Assembly (NCBI GenBank): GCA_023920165.1
Contig: CP089278.1
Location: 558,001 to 622,000, forward strand
Source of the DNA: Curvularia clavata
Lineage: Eukaryota
Direction: 5' to 3'
Length of the DNA: 64,000 bases
Part shown: positions 1-13,470 of the stretch, piece after piece
Layout of the letters: every line of letters starts with the position of its first letter
Numbering within the stretch: position 1 is the first letter of the stretch
Notes under the pieces: model-generated
Databases searched by the model: none
What the model was told of the DNA's origin: nothing
Seen by the model: only the letters and a program-made list of their open reading frames with translations
Position numbers and translations under genes: made by a program

Positions 1-177
1 GTGCGCAAGATGGGCGAGAAGGTGAGGGAGGTGCTTGCAAGCTTTGGGGCTGGCGATACTGAGGGAAAGGACGGAGTGGGAGATGTGGTTGAAGAGGATG
101 CAGCGGCGAAGGAAATGGCGAGGAAGATGGATGCGCAGAGAGGGGCGTGGGAGACACTGGAGGAGGCGCTGGGATAA
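1..177 (+). CDS. 3' end of an unidentified CDS (partial, runs off the left edge)
   Basis: Frame 1 is open from base 1 to TAA at 175-177 (VRKMGEKVREVLASFG...WETLEEALG*). It is purine-rich with coding-like composition and is followed by AT-rich, 3'UTR-like sequence. Confidence 0.55.
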   Translation: MRKMGEKVREVLASFGAGDTEGKDGVGDVVEEDAAAKEMARKMDAQRGAWETLEEALG

Positions 178-1067
178 AGATTTGCGCGTGCGATATGCTG
201 TAGCATCATGATACCCTTTTCCTATTCTTTCACTACTTATTTATCGTCATTTAAACACATCTAGCTTTGACTGCTAGAAATCTCGATTCAGCCTTTTTCT
301 CAAGGGGGCATGAGACCATGTCACCCATCAACAGCATTCAACGGAACTTAAGTTCCATCACAGGTCTTGCGCGTCAGGATGGCTGAGACACACACACATG
401 ACGAGTTACGCATTGGGTGTGCTGTCTCGGCGCCACTGCTGTCAGGTACCCGCCAACAACCCTCTGACAACTCAAAACATGACGTCACAGATTGTACCCG
501 TACTCATCTATCTGGAGTATTTGTCCAGGAGAGTTCCACCGCATGATAAGAAGACGCATTATCCATCTTATTGCAACCTCAAGTGTCTTGTGTCCGTTCC
601 CACCGCTACTTAAATTCAGCCTCGGAGGCTGAATCCCTCAGAAACGTAAGCCGAGGAGTTCGAATAGGTAGGTGTGGTCCTCCTTTTTGGGGGTGTGGCC
701 ACGCGGTGAGATACCGAGACCCCTGTCCACAATAGCGCAAACTGTTTTGGGAACAAGGCAAACGAGAAGCCAAGGCTGCTACGCTCAGCCGCTCACTGCC
801 ACCCCGGGGTCTTGTCTGCCTGTCAGCTGGAAGGGGCATTTGGAAGGGATTAAATAGCCCAAGAGGCGGCCAGAAAGAAAGGGAAGGGAAAGGTGTGGAC
901 TCGAGGGTTAGTTGACTTGAGTTATTGCTCCGCCTTCCTGCATCACAAAGCGGATACATACTTCCCACTTTAACACACCGCCATCGTCGAATCCATAAGG
1001 ACGAAACTTCCGAAAAGCCTCGATATAGACGTTTCTTTTTGGGGGGGTTTTTTTTCTCGCTGCTACC

Positions 1068-2624
1068 ATGGCGTCAGAAACACCAAACCGCCCATCCAAA
1101 CGCATTGCCATCTTCTGCGATGGAACATGGGTAGGTCGCGAAACCGCCGTCGAAGATGCACCGCCCAGCAACATTCGCCAACTGGCCAACATGGTCGGCG
1201 AAGTGCAATATGACGAGACGAACAAGACAGCCGCCAAAGTTCACCGGATTGAGCCGCATAGAAAATTCTCAAAGGCCGGCAACGACGATGATTCCATCAT
1301 CGCCGGCTACCAGGAAGGTGTGGGCCTAAACAAGAACTTTATGCAGTACATCTGGGACGGCGCAACGGCATCGTCCATTAGCGAAGAATGCATCGCCGTA
1401 TACAGGTTCATTGTCGAAAACTACACTGACGACCATGAAATCTGGCTGTTTGGATTCAGTCGCGGTGCTTTTACTGTACGCTGTGTGGCAGGGATGATCA
1501 ACAACTGCGGCATCATCAAGCGGCGGGACGACTACACTGACGCCGAAGTCTCGCGCCTGTGCTACGAAATCTTTCGCACGTACCGATCCAGTCTGCCTAT
1601 TGATGCACCGAAGAGCGAGGAGTGCAAGCGCTGGAAGGGCCTCGAGGACCGTGTCTGGCAGGTCAAGCGCCCAATCCGCTTCATGGGCATCATCGATACG
1701 GTCGGGGCACTGGGAATTCCTCGATTGAGCGCAGGTGTTGGATTCGATTGGAGTCCGTTTGAGTTTTTCGACCAGAGCATCTCGAGTGTGGTGCAGTACT
1801 GCTATCACGCGCCGTGCCTGCACGATCGACTGTGGACATTCCAGCCCTGTCTTGTTACTTCGACCGAGGAATTCGAGGACACAAACGAGCCAAAAGCCAA
1901 CATAACGCAAAGATGGTTCCCGGGAACTCATTACGACGTGGGCCGCATGACATTCCGCTTTTTGCGTCAGAGCCCTACAAACTGGATCGAGGAGGCGCTG
2001 GGCTGGCTTCCAGACCTGTTTTCCCGCACAATCTATCCCAACCAAGTGCTGAGCGATGCGGTACTGCGGTGGATGGTGGAAAGCGTGCATGCCGTTGATG
2101 AGAATTCTGAAAATCCCATTATGCCCGGCGCACAACAGTGGATCGAGCATCTTAATGAGAGGCTCGGTGAAGCCGCCCTGTCAAGCTCATCGAAGCGTGA
2201 CCAGCATTTGCGAATCGGCAGTGGCGATATCTATGGCGATGTGTTGGCTTATGCGCCTGGAGGCGTCGTGATTAGCTCATTACAAAAGACTTCACACACG
2301 ATTACCTCTTTTCTCAATGGTGTCGCCCCGCGCCTGGGCGACATGATTCAGAGCGTGCTGGGTGTAAAGACGCTCATCGGTATCCTGACAAACACAGCTG
2401 ATCGCCGCATTCCGGGTACGCAGGCAGACATCTACCCATACACGGAGCCAGAGACGGTAACACTCAAGGGAAATGAAGTTACTTTCAGGGTGCAAGATGT
2501 GGCGCAGATGAAGGCTGTAAATGAAAACAAGCAGGTCAGGTATCCGAGCCAGAGTTTCGAGTCATTTTTACTCTGGAAGGAGGTTTTTGGGAAGAAGGAG
2601 CACAAGTGTGACGCCCGAGACTAG
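1068..2624 (+). CDS. DUF2235 (Tle1-like) alpha/beta-hydrolase family protein, 518 aa, intronless
   Basis: Family motifs IAIFCDGTW, YQEGVG, WLFGFSRGAFTVR (GxSxG), IDTVGALG and WFPGTHYDVG. Confidence 0.88.
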   Translation: MASETPNRPSKRIAIFCDGTWVGRETAVEDAPPSNIRQLANMVGEVQYDETNKTAAKVHRIEPHRKFSKAGNDDDSIIAGYQEGVGLNKNFMQYIWDGATASSISEECIAVYRFIVENYTDDHEIWLFGFSRGAFTVRCVAGMINNCGIIKRRDDYTDAEVSRLCYEIFRTYRSSLPIDAPKSEECKRWKGLEDRVWQVKRPIRFMGIIDTVGALGIPRLSAGVGFDWSPFEFFDQSISSVVQYCYHAPCLHDRLWTFQPCLVTSTEEFEDTNEPKANITQRWFPGTHYDVGRMTFRFLRQSPTNWIEEALGWLPDLFSRTIYPNQVLSDAVLRWMVESVHAVDENSENPIMPGAQQWIEHLNERLGEAALSSSSKRDQHLRIGSGDIYGDVLAYAPGGVVISSLQKTSHTITSFLNGVAPRLGDMIQSVLGVKTLIGILTNTADRRIPGTQADIYPYTEPETVTLKGNEVTFRVQDVAQMKAVNENKQVRYPSQSFESFLLWKEVFGKKEHKCDARD

Positions 2625-2921
2625 TTTCTGATTATTAGATTGCGGCGGAATCTTCATTTGAGCGAATTCTTTAATATGTTGTCGTATAGCTCAATCTTGA
2701 TTTAGACAGCTAGATAGATCAGTCTTTCTTGTTCATTTCAAATGCACCCTCGTTCGCAAAGGCTTTCTTGTCGATGATTTGATCCCTGAGAAAGGTGTAT
2801 TAGATTTGTTACGCTCGCAGTAAAGATTCTTTATCTACTTGTAAAGTCTAGTGTATCGAAACGAAGAGAATATCTATATCTTTTCCAACGGCTGGCGTGT
2901 TATACAGAAGTAGCAAGACAC

Positions 2922-4273
2922 TTACTTCTTGCCTCTCCCACCAAAGCCCCAGCGAATCTGGTTGGCCCACCTAACCTCTACGCCAAGGTCGTCGGCGCAC
3001 TGCCAGACAAAGCCAGGATTCTTCTGGAACATGCGACCGATGAATGCGACGTCGAGGTTGTCGTTCTCAAGGTAGCCATTCGCCTGCTTGCCATCGGTAA
3101 TGCTACCAACGGTTCCGACAGCCATCTTGTTGCCGACCTTGTCCTTGACGGCCTTGGCAAATGGCTCTTGGTATCCGGGTCCGCCGTGGATATGTTGCTT
3201 CTCGTGGAGTCCACCAGATGAAACGTCGAGTAGATCGACACCCTTATCGGCTAGGATCTCTGCAAGGCGAACAGTCTGGTCAACAGTCCAACCTTCAATA
3301 CCAGCCTCATCGAGCCAGTCGGTCGCGCTGATGCGGAGGACAAGCGGCATGCTATCTGGAATAGCCTTGCGAGTAAGCTCGACTACTTCGAGGGTGAGAC
3401 GCGTGCGGTTCTCAAACGAGCCACCGTATTCGTCGGTACGCTTGTTGGATGCGGGAGAGAGGAAAGAATGTAGGAGGTAGCCGTGGGCGTTGTGAATCTC
3501 AATGGTATCAAAGCCAATCTTGACAGCACGCTTGACGGCGTCAACGAAAGCCTGCTTGAATGCCTCGATATCTTGCTTGGTCATCTCCTTGGGTGTGCAG
3601 TGCTTGTCGTTGAACGCAATGGCCGACGGGGCATAGACGTTATCTGGCCAGCCATTCATTTCCTTGGTAGCAATGTCACCCTTGCTTAGCCACGGTGCCA
3701 CGGTGCTGGCCTTGCGTCCAGCGTGAGCAAGTTGGATACCGATTTTCTGGCCCTGCGAGTGCGCAAATTCGACAATCTTTCGAAGGGGTTCCATTTGCGA
3801 ATCTTTCCATAGACCACAGTCCTCGGGAGTGATGCGGCCCTCTGGGACAACAGCAGTAGCCTCGACAAAGGTCAGGCCAGGGCCACGCTGGATAATGCCG
3901 CCCAAGTGTGTCAGATGCCAATTGGTCTGGTGGCCATCTTCGGCTGAGTACTGGCAGAGAGGAGAAAGCGCGAGGCGGTTTTGAATCTCAAGTCCGCGAA
4001 GCTTGAGGGGCTGGAAGAGCTTGGGAATCTTGGAGCTGCCATCGAGCATGCCCAAAGCGGTGCCTGCGGGAGGGTCTTGCTCCGGTGTGAAGTATGAGAC
4101 CTAGACGGGTTAGCCATTGCGAAGATGGTATGGAGACTGTTGCCTACACCAGGGGCAGCCTTGTTTCTCAGCTCATCCTGGACAGGAATTTGGCTGCTGT
4201 TCTTGTCTTCAGGAATGTCTTTTGCGATGGCGTGATGCGAGTGTGGCTTCGCGGTTTCAGCTTCAGCGCCCAT
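2922..4273 (-). CDS. NADH:flavin oxidoreductase / Old Yellow Enzyme (YqjM/NamA-like); 2 exons (4273-4148, 4100-2922)
   Basis: Motifs SPLCQYS, QLAHAGRKAS, IEIHNAHGYLLHSFLSP and RTDEYGGSFENR. Intron 4147-4101 (GTAGGC...GCTAAC...TAG) joins MGAEAE...AAPG to VSYFTPEQ in frame. Confidence 0.92.
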
Positions 4274-6744
4274 GATTACGATTGATGGTTTTTGCAGATA
4301 AAGCAATGGAAGGATGCTCTGACTCTATTCTCAGGCTTCAACTATGTCGCGACAGAGGGGGCGACCAACGCAGCATTTATACTGCTCTCTCGATCTTTGG
4401 AACATATCGGCATGACGTCTATCTTGAATAGGCGTGGGGCACACGGTAGTGCCCCACCTACCATGTTGGGGTTGGTAAGGTGTCGTCAAGTCTATGGATG
4501 ATTTGTAAGAAACACGTCGCCACCGTCGTGGGTGGTTGTTGGATGTGTCGAGGGGAATTAGTGGAGCAAATTGACTGCAGTCGGCGCCCTGCATCCATAG
4601 GAGGCGGTCAGTAAGGTAAAAGGGAGCTTGTACAAATGCTGACAGACATCAGCAGACGTGGTTAGCGAGCACCCCACCACTCGTACCTCTGCGTGTTTGC
4701 AAATTAATTGGGTTTGGTTTCTCTTGCTGAAAAATCATTACCGTTCAGCACCTGGGAGTTCTGCTGCAACGCTTGGCAAGCATGCCTCAGAAGGTTACTC
4801 GGCGTTGTTGTACGGAATATGTTCGCACGGATCAAACTCGGCGCTTAGCAGCGCACCATGTCCAAAGAATACCGCGGACAGCACCTACCAAACCTCTATT
4901 CCCGTCTAAGTCCGTTAAAACCTAATTCTTTTGCTGAATTTTTTACCAAGACCTTTCTGGTAGCTTCTTCTACCATTGCGTTGTATGTCGTTACAAATAT
5001 CATGCTATGTAATGCAGGATTGGGTGTTGGAGTTGCCCACGCTAATCTCTGGAGGTGGTGAGGGTACTTGTACGAGGCCGGTCTTTCCCGCTCCAAGCCT
5101 CTAGTGCTGTGATCGATAGTGAGCCACAGACTTCCATACTCAGTATACCAAGTCCATGGTGCCAACGCTTGCTGCAGACTTGGCTGTCGCAAATGCTGGC
5201 CCGGCGGCCTTGTCAGGCAGCCCAGCGCGCCCAGTAAGTTTGAGTAAGCGTTTATGCGACGAGACGACGGGCTAGATTCTACATGGCAATGGCATTGCGA
5301 TAGTTGGGGTCGTGGCGCTGGCGTGCTGCCCCGACCACTTTAGCAGGAAAAATATTTGTCGGGAATAAACAGAGTTATGCGTTGGAGGGCGACGAGACAT
5401 GACAGTAGCGTGACGAAGGCCCTCTGGGCCTCGGACAGTCCAATGACGCACATCACGCGTGTTTCGTTTCGAGATGAATGGGGCATCAGGGCTGAAGCAG
5501 CCGACGTAGCCGATGGTGCCAAAAGGTCGGTCCTTTTGGTATGTAACGTGAAGTGGGTAAGATTAGACATGAAGATTTCCGCTTTTGCACGCAGACATGC
5601 ATGCCTCAGACATGGACTGTGGCACAAGAGCAGGTGATGACGAGGCGTCGAGGGCTGCTGCCGCCCGTGCCACGGCCACGCCGAAGGGGGGAGAGGGCGA
5701 GGCTGGATGGGGACTCGCGCAGCATGGTGTCGAAATTGTCTGTCTGCGGTGCATAGAGACGGGAGAAACAATGGCGGCCGGAGAGGCAGAGGTCGGGGGA
5801 CAGGGCTGGTGGTTAGATTGGCATCAGCAATTTACCCCACGGCTGGGATGGACGAGTGCGGCGCAGGAGATGAGGAACAGGCTAGCAGCCTTCCTGATTG
5901 GGCGTGGCGCCGCCGGGCTCAAACACGGGCTCAGTGTGGCTGCACCAATGGGAGTGGGCAGAGCTGGCTATGGGCCAGCCGCTCACGCAGGGCAGCGGAT
6001 CAAGAGCACCCGCCCGCGCTGCCTCTATGCCACTCGCTGTCCACTTCCTGCGCGACGACGACAATAACAACTCACAACGCTGGCGCTTGACATTCTCCTC
6101 CAGCCAGCAAACATTCGCTTTGCGCCTATTGTGCCATTGCCACTTGGTGCAACATCGCGCCTGCCGCTCCTTGACGCCCACCAACCAAACTCCGCACCTC
6201 ACTTCACTTCACCACGCCTATAGTCGCATTCACTGCCGCACAAAGAAACCAGCAATTCACTCCACCACAACAGCAGCCCTCTCTCGCTCTCGCTCTCTCT
6301 CGCCGCTACTTTACTCTGCCTTATCCAGCCAAGTCTCTCGGTCGCGGCTTTTCCGCCGTCCAAGCCTTGTGTCGCTCAAACGTGAGACGCTCCACCCACA
6401 CGCGTATTTTCTTATGCACACGACTCCCCCGTAGCCATTGAACACCTACGCATCGGGAAACACACCCTCCCCTGCCCATCCCCCCCAGCCTCAGCTCTCT
6501 TCTCATCCTTCAACATTGTCCCCTCCGCTGTCGCTCTCCTCTCACTGAATCCGTGGTGAGCAGCAGGACTGTCACCACCATTACTACCACCCTTTTCTTG
6601 GTCTCTCTCCCTCCACCCCATGTCCTAGCGACTCCAGTCACTCCTTCGACCACCAGCTGGGCTGCAGGATCAAAGTACCGTTGACCGGATACATACATAC
6701 ACTCTTTACGTACATACCATCTCACCTAATACTCAACACCAACC

Positions 6745-8769
6745 ATGGGCTGCTGTGGAGATCGCGAAAAGGCCATGACCGTGGCCGAGGAGCAGAAGTG
6801 GACACACATTGTAAGCACACCGCGCACCTGAAACCGATCCATCTGCTTACCCATTCAGACTCTCTCCGACTTCAAGTCCACTTCGTGTCTCGCTCCCTTC
6901 TCGTACGTCTGGTTGTGGATACTCGTCCTCATCTCGTGCGCTGTCTACGCCGCCGACGCCTTCACAGCCGTCAACCTGCTCGCCTTTGACAAGTGGACAA
7001 GCTCCATCAAGCCCGCTGTCCCCTTTGAAATCGCAAAGTGGATCTTTGCCATCACCATCATCATCTCCTATGTTTTTCTGGTATACCGTTGGATCAGGAC
7101 CCTGCGCGTCATGCGCACAGGCAGTGTTACCGAATGCTACCTCGAGCCCCTAGCTGTCATATGGCAGAGCATGCGCGTCACTTCCTCCGGCCAGGGCTGG
7201 CGCCGATTCTTGGTCTTTGCCGAGCTGACAAAGAGTAAAAAGGGCGTCAACTACATTGCTCTTTTTGTCTACTTTCAGTTCAAGAGCGCTCTGCTTATCA
7301 TCATCGCTCAAGGTCCCCGAATCGCCATCAACGCCATGACCCTGTATGCCGTTATGCAGGCTCAGATCATACCGGGAGGCGATCATGCTGCAAAAGACCG
7401 ATCTAACATTGAGCAGTTCTTCATGAACATCAAGACCATGATTGACACTGGCAACAGGCAAGAAACCATCATCTACTTCACCATGTTGTTCTCTTTAGTC
7501 ATTTGGGTCATTGCTGCCCTGAGTTTGATCGTCGCCTCCCTGCTCTACATCTTCTTTTTGTGGCACTACATCCCCAAGGCCGATGGAAGTCTCACCAACT
7601 ACTGCCGTCGCAAAGTGGAGACTCGTCTGGAGCGAATTGTAGGCAAGAAGATCAGGAAAGCAATCGAGAAGCAGAACCAGCAACTGAAGAAAGAAGAGCA
7701 AAGGGCAATCAAGAAGGGCGAGTTTGACGCATCCAAGTCACGACCTACTCTGCCCAACATCGGCAATGACGACGACGACACGTCCACCATCTTCTCTCTA
7801 CAGCGCTCTGATACCATGAGTACCAACACGACGCTTCCACCATATGCGCCACCACAGTCCAACTCCGGTCGAAGCTTGATCACGAAGCCGTCTCTGCCGA
7901 CACTCGACGAACGTCCTGACGCACTTCGACGATCCGAGTCACAATTCACCACCTTCTCGACTACGAGCTATGGCTCCAATGCACCCATGTTGAGTCAAGC
8001 CGGCAACATGGGCAGGGCATCACCCGCTCCTCCAATGCCGCCCCTTGATCGCACTGTTACTGGACCTTTCAGTCAACAGAGCAACTTGCCGTATTCGTCC
8101 GACAGGCCGTTTACTCCTATGTCGCAAGGCAGGGCATCTCCCATGCCTCAACGGGGTCCCCTTCCGCGAGTCGACACTAGCTACAGTACCCATGTTCCAT
8201 ACGGCTCCGAGCCTGGCTTGGTTTCTCCTCTGGCCAATGATGCGCGAAGCATATCGCAAGCTCAATCCAATCGTCCCTATCAAGAGTTCAGTCCTTACAA
8301 TAGCCGTGGTCCCGCAACGGGTCCCGAGTACGAGCTCTCGCCGGTGGAAGGAAGCGCAACAGCGGAAATATCTCGAGACTATTACCCCGACCCCAACGAC
8401 TACCAGCCACCGCAAGTCCCCGATATTTTGAGGGCTGGCTCTCCTGCCATGTCGCAGGTTGGCGGCCCGCTGCCACGAGCCGGCACTGCACCCCCGCGAC
8501 CTGGTGTACCACCAACTCTGCAGTCTGCCACTCAGCGCCGGGAGATGTCACAGCCTAACCGTGCTATGAATGGTTCGGTACCACCACAGCCACAGCGTAG
8601 TGCCACTGCTCCAATTCAGCAGCCGGCCTGGGCTCAAGGTCCTCCTACGCGCACCTACACTCCTGCTGGACCCGGTCCTCAACGTAGCTATACGCCCTCT
8701 GGACCTGGCCCACAGCGTAGCTTCACGCCTTCGGGACCTCGTGGCTATGACAACGGCTACAACTACTGA
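6745..8769 (+). CDS. KCH1/PRM6-family fungal K+ transporter-like membrane protein; 2 exons (6745-6810, 6859-8769)
   Basis: N-terminus MGCCGDRE...EEQKWTHI, intron 6811-6858 (GTAAGC...CAG), then TLSDFKS. Several hydrophobic helices, GWRRFLVFAELT and a long Pro/Ser-rich cytosolic tail. Confidence 0.8.
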
Positions 8770-11700
8770 GCCATTTTTTGGATCAAATCTTGACTGCGCG
8801 TTTTCCTACCTTCGATACCATTTATGCATGTTCATGGCGTTCATTTCTCCATCCCTGTTAGATACAGATGCTCCTTCACCCCAACCCCATCTTCTTACAT
8901 TCACAACGCACTTGCCCATAACCTTTTGGGATATGATGATGACATCTTTTTTCACCTCTGTGAAAAAGAAGATTCACGAACCTTCGCTTTTTATACATAT
9001 ATGTTTCGAGATACCCTTCCAACCTCCCCGCACGGCTGGCCTCGGACGTCCATTCGCTTTTCTTGTATGAAGATATTTTGATGGCTTGGAGGATATCATT
9101 GGGAATTATCATAGGAATTGCTGCCGTACATACACTGAAGTCGGGCGGCATGTATATTAGATGCATATGTCTAGCTCTCGTCCTAAGAATAGATGGGAGT
9201 TTTCTTGATTCGCCATATTCACATGAACGCTGCAGCTGCGATGTCGTCAAGTGTGATGAGTTTTACATTTTTTTTCCCTCAAGCCTGAATACTTTTCGTT
9301 TTCCATCTTTAACCAAATGCATGGGTACTTTCCTGCTTCCAACTCGCTAGTCTATTCTCGTATCTTGTCCCCACATCACGATGCCCCCCTTCCAACCAAC
9401 CTCCAGTTACGCATATGTAGATACGTTTAACCCCTCCACATCTAACGTCATAGTATCCATCTCGTTCTCATATTCTTTTTTCCTTTGCTTTCTGTACCTG
9501 GGCCGCGCCCCGTGCGTATCACCACCCAGTCTATACTAAACCAGCCCCGTTGTCATAACAATAACTCAACCTTGTCTATAGCAGGATTAGTTATAATAAT
9601 AACATGCGCGTTGTCAAAACGCAGAACAGGGAAACTGTATCGGTGCCCCACTCATGCCGAGAAGGTAATTTCCGCATTGTTTGAAGAGGATTTGGTGCAG
9701 AGATTGGTGAGTCGGTGATGATGTGTATTTGTGGGGAGAGAGAGAGGAAGCGTGAGTTAGATGTGGTAAAGTTGGCAACGATACGACAACGCTGCAAGAT
9801 CAAGTAGACGAATTCAATGTCTGCATGTTTGGAAATCTTTTCTGCCGGGCCATTTATTGTTTTGGCTATCTAGAATTTGTACACATAGAGACTCGGTCTC
9901 TAATCTACTCCTTCTTTCCTCTCTCGAGCACAAGCACACGCCTACAGAGCAATTCAAATGACCTATTACGGAGTACCTTCCTACATACATACCCACATTC
10001 TTGGCGATCCCTCTCACAGACCAAGATCACAGCAACCATGCGCAAGCAACTTGCTTGCAGATGATTAATTAATTTCCGAGCCCAGAGTTCGCGGTTCGCT
10101 AGGCTTGTGCGAGCGAGCGTGCATTGCAAACAAGTGTGTGCGCCTGCAGATTTGAAAACAAAACAAAATACCTACGTACCTACATAGCTCTCTGACCAAG
10201 CGAACGCAAAGGGAATATGCGCAGGTACTAAGCGAAAAATAAGCAATATATTCGATTTGTCGCAGAAAATAAAAGCTATTCTGCTCGAAATCGGCTTAAA
10301 AATACTTCTAAACTGCGCTTGTTGCTTGCTTTAGCCGCCGCTAAGAGTGTGGTTTTCCTGGGAGCATGGGGTTGGTTCGCGATGGAGCTTTTTACGCGCT
10401 CAGAGCCAAAAATAACCTACGTGGAGGTTGTTTTTAGGTCTGATGGGTGGTATATGTACATAAACAAACGCCTGTTCAAGGACTGCTAGCTGCGCAGTAT
10501 AGAGTTGGTTTGTTGGCGGATTAGTATCTGCATATAGAGGGAGAGGGAAGATGGACATAGCAGAAATGCCGCGTTGCACTGCGAGTATTGTCTAATCATC
10601 CCAAGTCTTGTGATGATTGACCTACCCAGTATCCGAGGAATCGATATGTGCATGTATGTGTGCTGTGAGTAGCAACAACACCCAAAATACCTCTGACAAA
10701 CCATTGTTGCAGCGCATAGTCCCACAACTGTTGCTGCGATATAGACCATTAGAGTGCCAGCCAGACGCCAGGAAATTCCACAGCAACTCAACATGACACA
10801 CGTCGCGGAAATAGCCCGTGCATGTTTCATTCGCAGCTTCAGGCATCAAGGCCATTTCTTTTCTTTGGCTGAATATTATTGTCGCATGTGTTGCAAACTC
10901 CCCCCACACGCAGACTGCACATTGCTTGCCGATCGGCAAACCTGATCTCCAAGCGCCCCCTCCTCTCACCACCCGAAACATGTTTGATCGCCAGGCACCC
11001 GCACCAGCGCATCGGCTCGAATAATTAACATCCCCGTCGAACCATACAATATCCTCAACATGCCAAACTTGTCAAAGAGGCAACTCGGAAGGCTGCGATG
11101 GTGCGGCAGAAGGAGAATCAGCGTTCTACCAATTGTTGTCGTCTTGGGGGCTGACAAGAGGGTCTTGGCTATTCTTGGGCTAATTCTCTTCTTACGTGGT
11201 ACCGAATTGCAGAGCTCGGCAGGTTATCCACGACTGAATTCAAGACAGCAAGTTGAATTGGGGGCCCCTTGCTGTTCTGTGGGTTTGCCACTAGTCGTGT
11301 AGTGTCCGAGTCCGGCGACAAAGCCCTTGTGCTTGTGGTAAGCAGAAGGATGGATATTCACCTATCGGCACCACGTGTAATCATGTGCATGCCAAAATTC
11401 ACCGGTGGACCCATGTGCAAACACGTCGGCTTGCCTGCTCATGCTACCTGTCCTCACATGCGTTGTGGTGGCGGAAGAGAAACTTTTGAGAAGAATTCTC
11501 ACAGTAATCCCCAGCCAGTTAAGCTGACAGATTTCGCGTTAAGTGGTAGAGCGATCCACCAGAACCACAAAAACCTTGCACAAGCGAAATTACATGTAAA
11601 CGTCTAGAACACATTCGCTCGTCGGATAACCTACACCTGTTGACATCACACCGGCTCAGCTCCGACTAGGTATCGATAAGATGCGAAGCTTGTTGGGAGC

Positions 11701-13470
11701 ATCCACAAGGCGTTGTGCCTACTGTGTGATTGGTGTACCTTGAAAACTCAGCATAGTAGTATGCAGTTTGTATGCAACATCTGCCAATGAGAATCCTTCC
11801 CGACGAAAATGCTTCCAGGTTGGACGGCAGATTACAAAGTATGCAGAAGCCACATAGTCGGACTGAGCGGTAATATGTCGCGTCATAGACACAGTCGGGT
11901 GTCAGCAGTAGCGGGTGCGGCCGTATACGAGAGTTTGCTGGTAGACTTTGGGCTGCGTGTAATCCCATTCAGGGCGCAAACCCGCATCTTGTCCACTTAT
12001 AAAACAAGACCGGTATTATTCATGGAATACATATATCGCAGTAATTGGCACTTGAAGTAGACGTGAACAAAAACAAAAGCCAGAATTGTCAAAAGTAGAA
12101 GACTGCAAGACTCGGGGCAACGAATGCATGCAGACATGCTGTGTCTCCCAGTCTTCCAGTCTTGCCTGCATTCGAGACATGTCACGGTGAAGAGCTAGCG
12201 AACAGCACACCACCACGTCGCTTTTGCTGCTGCGTTGCGGCCGCTTCAGCTGGTGGGTATTGGCTTTTGAGATTTTCATCCTGCATATGCTTACCGGTCC
12301 CCACCATACGATAAAGTCTTTACCGTCCCGCTGGCCACGCTGGGGCTCCACAAACGTCGCATCGGCGGACATGTGCGAGTGGAGCAGAAGTTGCGTGGGT
12401 GTAGCTGGGCCGGGCTATAGCCATGTAAGGACAAACAGGAAAAGCGGTTATGCAAGCTGCTGCGTCACCATCCTGCAGGACCATTACACAAGCCGACGGA
12501 GGCTTTCCCTAGGCCAAGGAATGGCCCGGGTTGGAGCGACTGTCCGGATCACAGTGCGTCGATGCGGTTGAGGCGTGTCCACGGCACCGATAGTGATAAA
12601 GAGGCGGTGGTATGTGAATGACATGACGACACCTCTGAGGCTAGGCCAAAGGAGGCAAAAAACGCATGGCGCAGTGCGATGGCAACGGACAGGCGACGCG
12701 GCCGATAGCAGAGGTTCTGGAATCTGCAAGGTCGGTTCTCCACTTGGGTTCGCGGCGACAAGACAACACGCACACACCTTTCCCAATCACAGCCTGCCTG
12801 GTCCCACCCTGTGATGATCGTAATTGCGCGGCCTTGCCATGGCTGAACATGAGGTCTCGAAGCCGGCATTCCTGTCGTCGAGCCGCAGCGGCTCGCTGTG
12901 TGCAGCGGCAACATGGCAATGGCCTGTTCTTTATCGCGGTTGCGTGCGTGGTTGCCAAGGGATGTCTGGAGACAGAGAGGGGGATGGTTCAACAGGCGAC
13001 TCAGGCGGAGCCAGGCCAAGGTGTCAAGCCATGAAGCGCCAGCGGTGCCTGGGCCAGGCACACCAATCACGACCGGCAGCGAAGTGATGGGGCCGCGTCG
13101 CCAGGGGTTGCATGTCCCGTGCAATTGGCCCCGTCCAAATTAGCAACGGGGATGGTCGACGGGGCGCTAACCATTTGTGGCCGGCCAGGAGATGAGATGG
13201 GGCAGCCGGCTTGCGCTGCGTCTGGCCGCTTGCGTCCTTTTCCCTCCTCCTCTTCACCGACATATATCTTACCCACGGTCCCTCATTCCCTATTAGCCAC
13301 ATTCGCGCGTTCACTCATTCACGCCCGTCTTGGTCTTACTTGCTGGCTTGCCCGCTCAGTCATTCCTTTAACACCTACAGCCATACTTCTCGCTCCACCA
13401 GCACTCTCGACACGCCGTTGAACGCCGTTACGACCTGTCCGCTGTACAGATACCCACCCGCCCATTCAAA

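Noticed and set aside
1068..2624. Horizontal transfer of a bacterial T6SS Tle1 effector
   Set aside because: DUF2235 proteins are widespread in fungi, and being intronless is not enough (MAK5 and TRM7 are intronless too).
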